DNA from: an uncultured Planctomycetales bacterium
Lineage (GTDB): Bacteria; Omnitrophota; Gorgyraeia; Gygaellales; Profunditerraquicolaceae
NCBI GenBank assembly: GCA_964545575.1
Contig: CAZJFL010000007.1
Coordinates: forward strand, 31,848 to 95,847
Reading direction: 5' to 3'
DNA: 64,000 nucleotides
Shown: piece by piece, positions 8,969-18,175 of the stretch
Numbering within the stretch: the first letter of the stretch is position 1
Layout: the number at the start of each line of letters is the position of its first letter
Made by a program: the position numbers and the translations under genes
The notes under the pieces: model-generated
Databases searched by the model: none
What the model was told of the DNA's origin: nothing
What the model saw: the letters and a program-made list of their open reading frames with translations, nothing else

Positions 8969-9960
8969 TAATTACCCTTAGGCTTGCCCTGTTTTTTCTT
9001 AAATAAATCCAGGAACCTGTCTTCGTATTCTTTATACACATTCCATTTATCTAGCTCTGTCTTTAATTCGCCGGCCTTGGCAATATCGGTCTTAGCTTGC
9101 ACAAAAAGCCTTTCGATATTTTCCTTCACCGAAACCGGCAGTTTGGTAAGCTGGCTGAGATATTTTTTTATCTTCTCTATCTCCTCTTCTCCGATGGGAG
9201 CGGCGGCCTGGCCGAGCTTTAAATAATCCAGTAGTTTATTGATTTCTCCTTCGGTGGCATGTATCTGTTCAACTAGCCCTGTAAAATCTATTTTTATCTC
9301 TAGCATCCTGCCTAAGGCCTCTAAAACCGCCAGGGACGCCTTGGGATTTTCAACCTGGATAGTGTAAAGCGGTATTTCTCCGAGCAGGCAGAAGCCTTCC
9401 AGGCCCGCTCTTTTCGCTATCCCTAAAAATAAACCGTTCATGCCGCTGATCTGGCCTTCGGATAAAAGATTCAAATTATATGCTTTAAAATTATCTTTGA
9501 CCTGCGCGGAGGTTGCGGCAAACCAGACTCCAGCCTGCTGGGTATGGTCAATGGCCTGGGGCATCGCGGCAAAGCTGATTACCGTCTTTACTTTGAAAGT
9601 AGCGGCAAGCTCCAGTATCCGCTTGCAGTAATCGCCGGCTTTGGCTAAATCCGGCTGGGCATTGCTAATAAAAATAATCAGGTCGCGCCCGCCTTGGGGG
9701 TTACTCCAAAAATAAAACTTGCTGTAAGGAAGCTCCGGCGCCGATAATAAGCCTTCCCGGACAACGCTGCCGGTAAGATAAAAAAACTCTTCGGGCGCAA
9801 TCCGGGTAAACTCTTCGGCTTTCAGTTTTTCCACTAAATAGCTTGCTGCTTTAAAAGCCACCTCGCCCATACCCGGCCAGGCAACAATTAAATAGGGGTC
9901 TTTAAGTTTGGGTTTTTTATCCATCTTTAGTTCCTTTCTCATCTGCCGGCGCTTAATCAA
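8968..9960 (-). CDS. PAC2-family (proteasome-assembly-chaperone-like / ATP-grasp superfamily) protein
   Basis: Its size and the N-terminal YLIVAWPGMGEVA...segment are reminiscent of the PAC2/COG1938 family. This is a weak, memory-based assignment. Confidence 0.35.
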   Translation of the reverse strand: MIKRRQMRKELKMDKKPKLKDPYLIVAWPGMGEVAFKAASYLVEKLKAEEFTRIAPEEFFYLTGSVVREGLLSAPELPYSKFYFWSNPQGGRDLIIFISNAQPDLAKAGDYCKRILELAATFKVKTVISFAAMPQAIDHTQQAGVWFAATSAQVKDNFKAYNLNLLSEGQISGMNGLFLGIAKRAGLEGFCLLGEIPLYTIQVENPKASLAVLEALGRMLEIKIDFTGLVEQIHATEGEINKLLDYLKLGQAAAPIGEEEIEKIKKYLSQLTKLPVSVKENIERLFVQAKTDIAKAGELKTELDKWNVYKEYEDRFLDLFKKKQGKPKGN

Positions 9961-11087
9961 GCTTTAAACCTATATTGCTTTAAAAACTCTTCTAATACCA
10001 GTGCCCCTTTATAGAGGCTGTTTATCTTGGCGTATTCATCCGCGGTATGCGCTAGACCTTCCGAGCCAAAACCTGTAGCTACTGCTGGGATAAATTTATC
10101 CTGGAAGAAAGTAATCACGGTTGCCCCCTCCGAACCCTTAATTTGCGGCTTAAGAGAAACTTTTCTCATCGCAGAAGTTAAACACTTTACCAGGGGATGA
10201 TTTGTCTGTATCGCATAAGGTTTTTGAATATCCTCTATCTCTATTTTAAACCTCTTTGCATGTTTGCCGACTACCGTCCTAATATATTTTAATAACTCTT
10301 CTGCTTCCGTGCCCGGTAAAAACCGAAAGTCCGCCTCAAACTCGCACCAATCAGCCACGACATTTACTTTATCCCCGCCTTTGATGGTCCCGATATTCAT
10401 GGTCGGCGGCCGAAGATACGGATTCCCGGCATAAGCGAATCTGTGATTTTTTAGTTCTTGAATGATACCCACCGCTGCCTCAATCGCGTTTACCCCCAGC
10501 CACGGATAGGCGCCGTGTGCCCTCCTGCCCTGGATTTTTACTTTAAGATGTATCAAGCCTTTCTGGGTAATAACGACGGAAAAATCATCGGAATCTAAAA
10601 CTACCGCTGCATCCGGCTTTAATATGCCTAATTCTAGTAAAGGAATTAACCCGAGAGATGAACCGCTCTCCTCATCCGCGGTAGCAGCAAAGATTAGATT
10701 ATAATCTAAAACCGCGCCATCTTCAACTAAACTATTTATCGCCTCCAGGCCGCAGGCCAGATTTCCTTTACAATCAGTAGCGCCTAGGCCGTAAATTTTA
10801 TTTTTATGGATTTTAGCGGCAAAAGGAGGAAAACACCAGCTTTTTCCGGCAGGCACGGTATCTAAATGCGGAGTGAGTAAAAGCGAATGTTTACCCCCGG
10901 CTCCTTTTAATACCGCTATTACATTAGAGCGTTCTTTTTTAAAATCGTAAATACGGACTTTTAGCCCTAAATTATCCAGGTATTTTTTTACCCAGCAGGC
11001 TATCCTGGATTCGTTGCCGCCGGGATTCTCGGAATTAATCCTGATTAATTGCCGCGTAATTTTTATTAACCTTTTTTTATTAACCAT
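9957..11087 (-). CDS. M20-family metallopeptidase/deacylase (ArgE/DapE-like)
   Basis: LLLTPHLDTVPAG, GATDCKGNLA and ATADEESGS are typical M20 metal-binding motifs. Confidence 0.7.
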   Translation of the reverse strand: MVNKKRLIKITRQLIRINSENPGGNESRIACWVKKYLDNLGLKVRIYDFKKERSNVIAVLKGAGGKHSLLLTPHLDTVPAGKSWCFPPFAAKIHKNKIYGLGATDCKGNLACGLEAINSLVEDGAVLDYNLIFAATADEESGSSLGLIPLLELGILKPDAAVVLDSDDFSVVITQKGLIHLKVKIQGRRAHGAYPWLGVNAIEAAVGIIQELKNHRFAYAGNPYLRPPTMNIGTIKGGDKVNVVADWCEFEADFRFLPGTEAEELLKYIRTVVGKHAKRFKIEIEDIQKPYAIQTNHPLVKCLTSAMRKVSLKPQIKGSEGATVITFFQDKFIPAVATGFGSEGLAHTADEYAKINSLYKGALVLEEFLKQYRFKA

Positions 11088-11089
11088 CT

Positions 11090-11839
11090 CTAAAACTTAA
11101 AGTTCACGCTGGCGGCCAGGGCGTCGCTATCAAAAAACGAGCCTTCCAGGTTGATCCAGATTTTCTGCGCCAGCGGTAGATCAAAACCAAAAATCAGGCC
11201 CCAGCTCTTTCCTAAGTCTGACATTTTGCGTTTACGCCGCTCTCCCTGCCAGTGGATATAATCGATTCTAGACCATCTGGTTCCTAGATAGGGCCTTATA
11301 AACCTGAAGTCATAAGACACCAGCGCCGAAGTCTGCCAATCATCTAAAACTGCCCGCTGCTTTACTCCTAAGACATAAGTATGCTTCGGATGCACGCTGA
11401 TATGCTGAAATCCAAATACAGCCTTAATCTTGTGCGCATCGTAAAGCCTTAAACGCAGGCCGTAACCTCCGTCAAAACTATAGGCATAATCTATTTCGCT
11501 GGCTCCGGGCGGGCGCTGTTTTATATCCCCGGCCCCGCCCTTTAAATCTATGGCGAACCAATCAAAGACTCCGTAGGACAGGGTAAAGAAGTTCTGGATA
11601 CTGCGCACTTTTCCATAAGCATCCTCTAAATACCTTTTAAAGATAGAGTGGGTCTGGAAACCGCCGAAGAACTCGCCCCTCTCGGGCATCTTTGTGCCGT
11701 AACAGGGAGCAGCGTAGCAATTAAAATCCAAAATGCAAAATTCAAAAATCAAAATTACAATCCAAAATTTTCCCGCTAAAGCGGGATCCCGCCATATATT
11801 GAATATTAAGGAGCGGGAAAAATTTATTTTAGCGGACAT
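11090..11839 (-). CDS. Putative outer-membrane beta-barrel protein (start uncertain)
   Basis: Shows an alternating aromatic/hydrophilic pattern and a C-terminal ...SVNFKF. The N-terminal about 50 codons are encoded by an AAAATCC repeat tract plus hairpin, so the true start may be the internal Met near 11689. Confidence 0.35.
   Translation of the reverse strand: MSAKINFSRSLIFNIWRDPALAGKFWIVILIFEFCILDFNCYAAPCYGTKMPERGEFFGGFQTHSIFKRYLEDAYGKVRSIQNFFTLSYGVFDWFAIDLKGGAGDIKQRPPGASEIDYAYSFDGGYGLRLRLYDAHKIKAVFGFQHISVHPKHTYVLGVKQRAVLDDWQTSALVSYDFRFIRPYLGTRWSRIDYIHWQGERRKRKMSDLGKSWGLIFGFDLPLAQKIWINLEGSFFDSDALAASVNFKF
11722..11790. repeat. AAAATCC repeat tract plus CCCGC-taaa-GCGGG hairpin (dispersed family, copy B)
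   Basis: aaaatccaaaatgcaaaattcaaaaatcaaaattacaatccaaaatttt followed by cccgctaaagcgggatcccgcc. Confidence 0.45.
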
Positions 11840-12456
11840 ATATTACACTTCGGCTTACTCTTCAGGCAAAAGTCTTTACCTAACTTTACTAATAGTGCAT
11901 GGTATTCGTTAAATAATTTTAGGTTTGGCTTTAAATTACACATGAATAAGTCCTGTACTTGGGTATATGAACCGTTATCTTTAATCAGCTTATGCCGCAA
12001 GAATATCCTTCTGGTATAGGCGTCGACTACGAAAACCGGTTTATTCAGGGCGTAAAGCAATATGGAATCCGCTGTCTCCGGGCCGATACCGTTTACGGAA
12101 AGTAATTGCCGGCGTAAAACTTTACTTGTCTTCTGTGATATTTTTTTTAGGCTGCCCCGGTAATGATTGATATAAAACTTTAGAAAATTATTCAGGCGTT
12201 TTGCTTTAATATTATAATATCCGGCCGGACGGATAAGTAAAGCTAGCTTCTTAGGATGCAGCCGGTAAAGTTTAAGCGGGCTAAGCAGTTTATTATTTTT
12301 GAGGTTCTTGATCGCCTTTTCTACGTTTGCCCAGCTGGTATTCTGGGTCAGGATTGCCCCCACCATCACCTCAAAAGGCGAATCCCCCGGCCACCAGGCT
12401 TGCGGCCCGAAATGCGAATATAATTTTTTGTAAATACTCTTTAACCGGCGCTTCAT
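11824..12456 (-). CDS. HhH-GPD base-excision DNA glycosylase (endonuclease III-related)
   Basis: LLSVNGIGPETADSILLYAL...VVDAYTRRIF matches the HhH-GPD motif. Confidence 0.6.
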   Translation of the reverse strand: MKRRLKSIYKKLYSHFGPQAWWPGDSPFEVMVGAILTQNTSWANVEKAIKNLKNNKLLSPLKLYRLHPKKLALLIRPAGYYNIKAKRLNNFLKFYINHYRGSLKKISQKTSKVLRRQLLSVNGIGPETADSILLYALNKPVFVVDAYTRRIFLRHKLIKDNGSYTQVQDLFMCNLKPNLKLFNEYHALLVKLGKDFCLKSKPKCNICPLK

Positions 12457-15029
12457 TTGCGAAGTTCCAAGATTATCCTTTGCTTTACCTTTTTAGCCAG
12501 GACCTCCAGGAATTTCTTAAAATCCCGGTATTCGCTTTCGGTTATTCTGTTTTTCTTTAATTCCGTGCTCTGTTTAACATATATTTTGTTTGCCTTACGG
12601 ATATACTCAAGGTTAAAGCTTAACCAGGGGGAGTCGCTGGCGATATTTTCGGGCATATATTTTAGGGTGAAATTATCGGGGATAGTAATCTCTAAAATAG
12701 ATTCTTTGCTATCCATGACTCCAAAATCAAGCGGGTATTTGCGTACGGCTTTGGCTACGAAAGAAGTATCCAGGGAAGCAAACCCCGGGGCTATCCTTAA
12801 GTTTCCCGCCAGAGTAAAGTACTCCGGGCCGCTAAAGGCATAATCCAGGCTTACCGGGGTATTTAAATCTTCTAAGTTTTTAATCTGGTACTGCCTGAGC
12901 TCCGCGCCGATAGAAACCTCCTGTATTTTTTCCTTCAATGCCTCTGCAATCAGTTCCGGCGGAGTGTGCAACAGCCAATACCTTTGCGCCTGATCATAAA
13001 TACCGTAGGTAAAAATGGATTTCTGGGCAGCAATAGATTCATTACCCTGCACCTCAATTTTAAGATATTGCCGGGTCAGGTTATGCTGCGCCGGGTAAAA
13101 AGGTATGTCTTGTATCTGGCATTTATCTTCTTTAATCACTAATACCGACCTGCCCTGGTCCATCGCGGGAAGATCTCTGAAAGAACAAGTCTCTGCCGTG
13201 GGGTCAAGAAATACGGTTTCGCCGTCCAGCGCCACCGCGGCGATAGCGTGGTTAAAAAGCATGGCGGGAAATCCCGGATCTAAGTTATAATATTCTTTGG
13301 TGGGGATCAGCACCGGCCAGGCCTTTATCCCCGCTTCCGTTAGCATCGTAACTAAAAGTATAGCCTGGTCTTTACAGTCGCCGTATTTATTCCTGAAAAT
13401 ATCCTCGGCCTTGTGCGGCTCGTAACCGGCCTGCCCGTATTCCACCGCCACATAACGGATTTCTTTGGCGCAGAAATTATAAACCGCCCTTGCCTTCGCT
13501 TCCAAGGATTCGGCGCCGGAAATCAACTCTCTGACTTTATCTTTGATGGGAGCATCGGCTTTTATTTTATCTTTGGCTAGCCGCCACCACCAGCTGTATA
13601 TATCCTCCCAGGGCTGAAACGTAGAGACCAGGATAGTGGGATTTATTTCTATATTGGGCGGCATGCTGGGTTCCGGGAGTATCTGCGGGATATTATTGAA
13701 CTGCCAGCTATAAATTAAGCTGCCGTTCTGTTTCTCTATCCGGGGCTTTAATTCAGCGGTGAAATTATTGTATTTTTCATTCAAATCTTTAAGGTGCAGG
13801 GTTTTATTTTCGGGCAGAAAAAGCCTAAAATCAGCCCTGATAATCGGCTCTGACGCTTGCACCGGATAGCTGAAAGCAAAATCTTTTTTATTGATCAGCT
13901 GGTTGCGATAAATTTTTACTTTGTATTCTATTACCGAACCTTCTGCGATTTCGGGAAAAGAAATAATATAAACCCGGGCATTGCTGTAGAGCGGAAAATT
14001 AAGGTACTTGGAGACATCGCGGATATGGCGGGAGCCGACCTCCACCACTTTGCCGTCCGGCCGGATGGTACGGGCATACTCCAACTCCACTTTTTCGTAA
14101 GTAGAATCGTAATCTATATGGCTCTCCGAAAAACCTTCCTTACCGCGCTCATTAAGGATCTTCACCAGGTAATATAAAGAAGAAACCAGCGAATTCTGCG
14201 GCGTAACTTCTATTTTTTCGTCGCAATATAAAACCAGCGCACCGGCCTGCGGGTAATCTTCTGCCTTTGGCGCGCCTTTGATCATTTCGGCGACCTTAGG
14301 GTCTAGCTCGGATATATCCCTTAGATTGACCTGCCTTTCAATGATATTGGCCCGCCCTAAGGCAAAGGAGGTGAATTCTTTTGCTTTTATTTTTTTATAG
14401 GTATCCAGCGCCTTGTCAAAAAGGTTTAATTTTTCGCAGGTTAATCCCTGATAATAGAGGTATTCGTCGTCGGGAATCTCGTTTTTATTAAAGACCTCCA
14501 TGGCGTCGGTGAAATTACCGATGCGGTAATAGGAGATAGCGAGTAATTTCCTGGCGGGTAGAGTGTCTATATTTTCCAGCGCTTCTGTTGCTTTTTCAAA
14601 TTCGCCGTGCTCATAATATAGTTTCCCCAATTCAAAACGCAGATTACCTTGTTCAGCGCCTTTGGCGATTAAATCCCGCTGTATCTTTAAGGCACGCTGA
14701 TAACTGGCCTCTGATTGACGGGCGTACTTTTGGACCCGCTCCATCTCACTTTTTTGGGTACACCCCGTTAATAGGAAGGCGAGACATGCAACAATCAAAA
14801 TCCTAAACTCTAAACTCGAAATTCTAAACAAATCCCAAATTCTAAATTCAAATGTTCTAAACGAACTCTGTTTTGAGTTTTGAACATTGGGATTTTGATA
14901 TTGTTTAGGATTTAGGATTTCGGATTTCGGATTTACCGTTTTAGCGGTATTTATAATATGCATTACAGGCTCCTTCGCTAGAAACCATACACGGGCCAAT
15001 GGGATTATCCGGCTTACATATTTTAGCAA
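12453..15029 (-). CDS. Transglutaminase-like lipoprotein with TPR region (DUF3857-like N-domain; start probably downstream of ORF start)
   Basis: Carries the TGase core YGDCKDQAILLVTMLTEAGIKAW, TPR-like repeats, and a lipobox LLTGC after a hydrophobic segment. The ORF-track start overlaps the 3' end of hypD by 88 nt, and the N-terminus is encoded by a palindromic repeat tract. The real start is therefore likely near 14800. Confidence 0.5.
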   Translation of the reverse strand: MLKYVSRIIPLARVWFLAKEPVMHIINTAKTVNPKSEILNPKQYQNPNVQNSKQSSFRTFEFRIWDLFRISSLEFRILIVACLAFLLTGCTQKSEMERVQKYARQSEASYQRALKIQRDLIAKGAEQGNLRFELGKLYYEHGEFEKATEALENIDTLPARKLLAISYYRIGNFTDAMEVFNKNEIPDDEYLYYQGLTCEKLNLFDKALDTYKKIKAKEFTSFALGRANIIERQVNLRDISELDPKVAEMIKGAPKAEDYPQAGALVLYCDEKIEVTPQNSLVSSLYYLVKILNERGKEGFSESHIDYDSTYEKVELEYARTIRPDGKVVEVGSRHIRDVSKYLNFPLYSNARVYIISFPEIAEGSVIEYKVKIYRNQLINKKDFAFSYPVQASEPIIRADFRLFLPENKTLHLKDLNEKYNNFTAELKPRIEKQNGSLIYSWQFNNIPQILPEPSMPPNIEINPTILVSTFQPWEDIYSWWWRLAKDKIKADAPIKDKVRELISGAESLEAKARAVYNFCAKEIRYVAVEYGQAGYEPHKAEDIFRNKYGDCKDQAILLVTMLTEAGIKAWPVLIPTKEYYNLDPGFPAMLFNHAIAAVALDGETVFLDPTAETCSFRDLPAMDQGRSVLVIKEDKCQIQDIPFYPAQHNLTRQYLKIEVQGNESIAAQKSIFTYGIYDQAQRYWLLHTPPELIAEALKEKIQEVSIGAELRQYQIKNLEDLNTPVSLDYAFSGPEYFTLAGNLRIAPGFASLDTSFVAKAVRKYPLDFGVMDSKESILEITIPDNFTLKYMPENIASDSPWLSFNLEYIRKANKIYVKQSTELKKNRITESEYRDFKKFLEVLAKKVKQRIILELRK
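14780..14940. repeat. Large imperfect palindrome built from AATCCTAAA / TTTAGGATT repeats (dispersed family, copy C)
   Basis: The left arm reads aatcctaaactctaaactcgaaattctaaac...; the right arm reads gtttaggatttaggatttcggatttcggattt. The arms are reverse complements of each other. Confidence 0.5.
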
Positions 15030-16032
15030 ATAAAGGGCATCCCTTAGGATTAATCAGGCCTTTTAAGACGTCGCCGCACCTGCACCTGGTTGCCGGTCGA
15101 CCTGTTGGCCTGTTGGCCTGTTTAAGCGAAAAAACTTTTCCGGCGTCAAATTCAGAAAAAGCATCTTTTATCTTCAGCCCGCTTTCCGGGATCCTGCCCA
15201 AACCTCGCCAATCGGCATCGGCGGTTTTGAAAACCCGGCGGATAAACTTTTGCGCTTCTTTATTGCCGCTTTTGGTTACCGCGCGCAGATATTGATTCGC
15301 TACTCTTGCTTTAGCTTGCGCTAACTGCTCAAGAAGCATATATATCCCTTCCAGAATATCCAGCGGCTCAAAACCTGCCACACAACAGGCTATGCCGTAG
15401 TTTTTGGCGATGAACTGATAAGGCCTGGTGCCGATAATCGTGGAAACATGCCCGGGGCATAAAAAAGCGTCGATCGCCAGCCTTTCATCCTGAAGCAAGT
15501 AACCCATTGCCGGAGGAATCAGCTTTAGGGAAGAAAAGAAAAATAAATTCTTAATCTTTTCCTTCTTTGCCGAAAGAATACTTAAGGCAATGGTAGGGGC
15601 GGTGGTTTCAAATCCCACCGCTAAAAACACTACTTTTTTAGCGGGGTTTTTTTGCGCCACCCTTAAGCTATCCAGGGCAGAATAAACTACCGCGACATTA
15701 GCGTTTTTTGCCCTCTCCTTCTCCAGCGTAGACTTAGCGCCAGGCACCTGAAGCATATCGCCGAAAGTAGCGATAATGATATTTTTGTCTGCGGATAATT
15801 TTATGGCGCAATCGATGTAGTCCGCAGAGCTGACGCAAACCGGGCAACCCGGCCCGGCAATCAATTTTATATTAGAAGCCAACAGTTTATCCAGCCCGAA
15901 CCTGAAAAACGACTGGGTATGCGTGCCGCAGACTTCCATAATATTAATCCTGCGCGCCGGGCTTATTTCATTGATGCGCGCTAAGATTTTCAGGCTCAGC
16001 TTTTTATTACGGAATTCGTCAACGTATCTCAT
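14941..16032 (-). CDS. hypD: Hydrogenase maturation factor HypD
   Basis: EVCGTHT, GPGCPVC and the C-terminal CPVC-type cysteine motifs. Confidence 0.85.
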   Translation of the reverse strand: MRYVDEFRNKKLSLKILARINEISPARRINIMEVCGTHTQSFFRFGLDKLLASNIKLIAGPGCPVCVSSADYIDCAIKLSADKNIIIATFGDMLQVPGAKSTLEKERAKNANVAVVYSALDSLRVAQKNPAKKVVFLAVGFETTAPTIALSILSAKKEKIKNLFFFSSLKLIPPAMGYLLQDERLAIDAFLCPGHVSTIIGTRPYQFIAKNYGIACCVAGFEPLDILEGIYMLLEQLAQAKARVANQYLRAVTKSGNKEAQKFIRRVFKTADADWRGLGRIPESGLKIKDAFSEFDAGKVFSLKQANRPTGRPATRCRCGDVLKGLINPKGCPLFAKICKPDNPIGPCMVSSEGACNAYYKYR

Positions 16033-16228
16033 CGATTAACCTTAAGGTCTCTCTTGCTTCCTGCGTGTCGACTTTCTGGATGGCAAAACCGGCGTGCACC
16101 AATACATAATCGCCTGCCTTTGCCTGCGGCAACATCTGAATATTTATCGTCCGGATAAGCCTGCCGGATGAGACTTCGGCGAAATCACCCTTAATCGCCT
16201 TTATTTTCATCGGTATAGCTAAGCACAT
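16019..16228 (-). CDS. hypC: Hydrogenase maturation factor HypC
   Basis: Internal start MCLAIP... is the HypC hallmark, so the likely start is the Met at 16228 rather than 16249. Confidence 0.8.
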   Translation of the reverse strand: MCLAIPMKIKAIKGDFAEVSSGRLIRTINIQMLPQAKAGDYVLVHAGFAIQKVDTQEARETLRLIDEIR

Positions 16229-16229
16229 G

Positions 16230-17351
16230 TCAGTTTCTGTATCCGGCAATAACTGCTTGTCCTAAAGAAATACCACTGTCATCGGGAGAAAGGATCCGGT
16301 GGATAAAAATCCGGAACCCTTCTTTACATAATAAATCTAAAATCAGCCGAAGTAAAAGTTTATTTTGAAAGACCCCTCCGGATAAAACTATTCTTTTTAT
16401 CCCCGTTTCCTTTTTTAGCGCCAAACAGGTTTTCCTAACCATCTCTGCTACGGTTAAATGAAACCTGTAAGCTATTTCCCTTTTAGGCGCCTTACCTTTT
16501 AAATCCGAAACTATTTGTTTAAACATCGGGGCGGGATCGATTATATACTGATCGGAGGTTTTGGTTATTTTGAAGCCGTAACCGGAAGCCTGAGGCCGGG
16601 AACTTAAAGCCAGCTTCTCCAAGGTAATCGCCAGTTCCGCCTCGTAAACGGTGTTTTTCTTTTCTAATACCAAAGCTCCCGCCGCATCAAATAACCTGCC
16701 CATGCTACTGGCTAGGGGAGAATTCAGGCTGATTTTATATATTTTTTCCAAAATCCGCCACTTCTGCTTATCCAAATTTTTCACAAAGTTTATTTTTAAA
16801 CTTAAAAATTTATCTTTATAGGTTAAATACAGCCAGGCTGCGGCCACCCGCCAGGGCTCTAATATCGCCCTCTCGCCTCCCAAAAGCGGGATTTCTTTTA
16901 AATGCGCCAGGCGGGTAAAACTTTTATAATCGCAAACTAAAAACTCCGCCCCCAAAAGCCTATTATCCACGCCCAGGCCTGTGCCGTCAAAAGCCACACC
17001 GATTACTTTTTGGTTCGCCAGGCCGTTTTCTACCATGCAGGAGGCGATGTGAGCATGGTGATGCTGAATAACTTGAAACTTGTAATTTGAAACTTGTAAC
17101 CCATGTATATATTTACTAGACTGATATTCCGGATGTAAGTCAGAGGCGATAATCTTGGGTTTCTTTTTTAAAAAATATTTTACCGTCTTGGCAAAATTTA
17201 AAAAGTCTATTGGGTTATTCAGGTCCGGATGCACCGGGCTAAGATAGGCAAAGTTGCCTTTGGCAAAACAGACGGTATTCTTGCCTTGAGGCCCCAATGC
17301 CAGGACTGATTTTTTTAATTTAAAAGGCAGCTTTATTTTTACCAACCTCAT
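16230..17351 (-). CDS. hypF: HypF-like carbamoyltransferase, Kae1-like C-terminal domain only (no acylphosphatase, Zn-finger or YrdC domains)
   Basis: VLALGPQGKNTVCFAKGN, QHHHAHIASC and the Kae1/HypF C-domain. It is 373 aa, against about 750 aa for full-length HypF. Confidence 0.65.
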   Translation of the reverse strand: MRLVKIKLPFKLKKSVLALGPQGKNTVCFAKGNFAYLSPVHPDLNNPIDFLNFAKTVKYFLKKKPKIIASDLHPEYQSSKYIHGLQVSNYKFQVIQHHHAHIASCMVENGLANQKVIGVAFDGTGLGVDNRLLGAEFLVCDYKSFTRLAHLKEIPLLGGERAILEPWRVAAAWLYLTYKDKFLSLKINFVKNLDKQKWRILEKIYKISLNSPLASSMGRLFDAAGALVLEKKNTVYEAELAITLEKLALSSRPQASGYGFKITKTSDQYIIDPAPMFKQIVSDLKGKAPKREIAYRFHLTVAEMVRKTCLALKKETGIKRIVLSGGVFQNKLLLRLILDLLCKEGFRIFIHRILSPDDSGISLGQAVIAGYRN

Positions 17352-18175
17352 CTGTCCATCTCCAGTTGCAAGATATTATCTACCCTGAAAGTACGTTCAT
17401 CCTGCCTTAAAGAACAGAAGCCTACCAGATAATTTTTCTTGTTCTCCTGCCTGATTTCTTTGGGGATAACCTGCCGCTCGGTAACTTCGGCGCTGGAACT
17501 GGAGAGGTATTTAATCTTTAGGCCTACCCCCAGATTAATCGCCTCCTGGATCAGGGCAAGCCTATGATTATTGACATCCTCTAAAAACCCGGAATTAATC
17601 CCGAAGAGCTGGGAAAAATTGGTAAAATCTTCGACTCCTTTTGCCCCCAGTATCCTCTTTAGCTTATCGAATACGCTTAAGGTTAATTCTACGTCGGAAA
17701 AGGCACGGTGCTGCTGTTGTTTTTCTATGCCCAATCCTTCGGCTACAAACCAAAGCGCGTAACGCTCTAATCCCGGCAGAAGCCTTTTGGCCATTTTCAG
17801 TATATCTATCACCACTATCCCCTCTTCCAGACTTTTTCTTCCCAGCAGCCTTAATTCGTTATTTAAAAAGTCCAGGTCAAAGCCGGCGTTATAGGAACAG
17901 AGGCAGCTATTGCGGATAAAATCCAGAAATTTAGGCATCACCTCCTGCGGCTGGGGCGCGCCTTTAAGCATTCCCGCATCAATATGGTTGACAGCAAAAG
18001 CCGCTTCTGAAATTTCTCTCCCCGGATTGACCAGGCTTTCAAAAAACGAGATTTTTTCCCTGCCTTTGATGCGGACAGCCGCGATCTCTACTATCCTATC
18101 TCCGGAATCCGGGTCTAAACCAGTGGTCTCGGTATCAAAAATAGTGAATTCTACCTCATCTATATTCTGCGACAT
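17348..18175 (-). CDS. DnaQ-like 3'-5' exonuclease (DEDDh) with C-terminal extension
   Basis: FTIFDTETTGLDPDSGDRIVEIAAV (Exo I), a HRAFSDVELT-like Exo III, and an extra C-terminal domain of about 100 aa. Confidence 0.65.
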   Translation of the reverse strand: MSQNIDEVEFTIFDTETTGLDPDSGDRIVEIAAVRIKGREKISFFESLVNPGREISEAAFAVNHIDAGMLKGAPQPQEVMPKFLDFIRNSCLCSYNAGFDLDFLNNELRLLGRKSLEEGIVVIDILKMAKRLLPGLERYALWFVAEGLGIEKQQQHRAFSDVELTLSVFDKLKRILGAKGVEDFTNFSQLFGINSGFLEDVNNHRLALIQEAINLGVGLKIKYLSSSSAEVTERQVIPKEIRQENKKNYLVGFCSLRQDERTFRVDNILQLEMDR

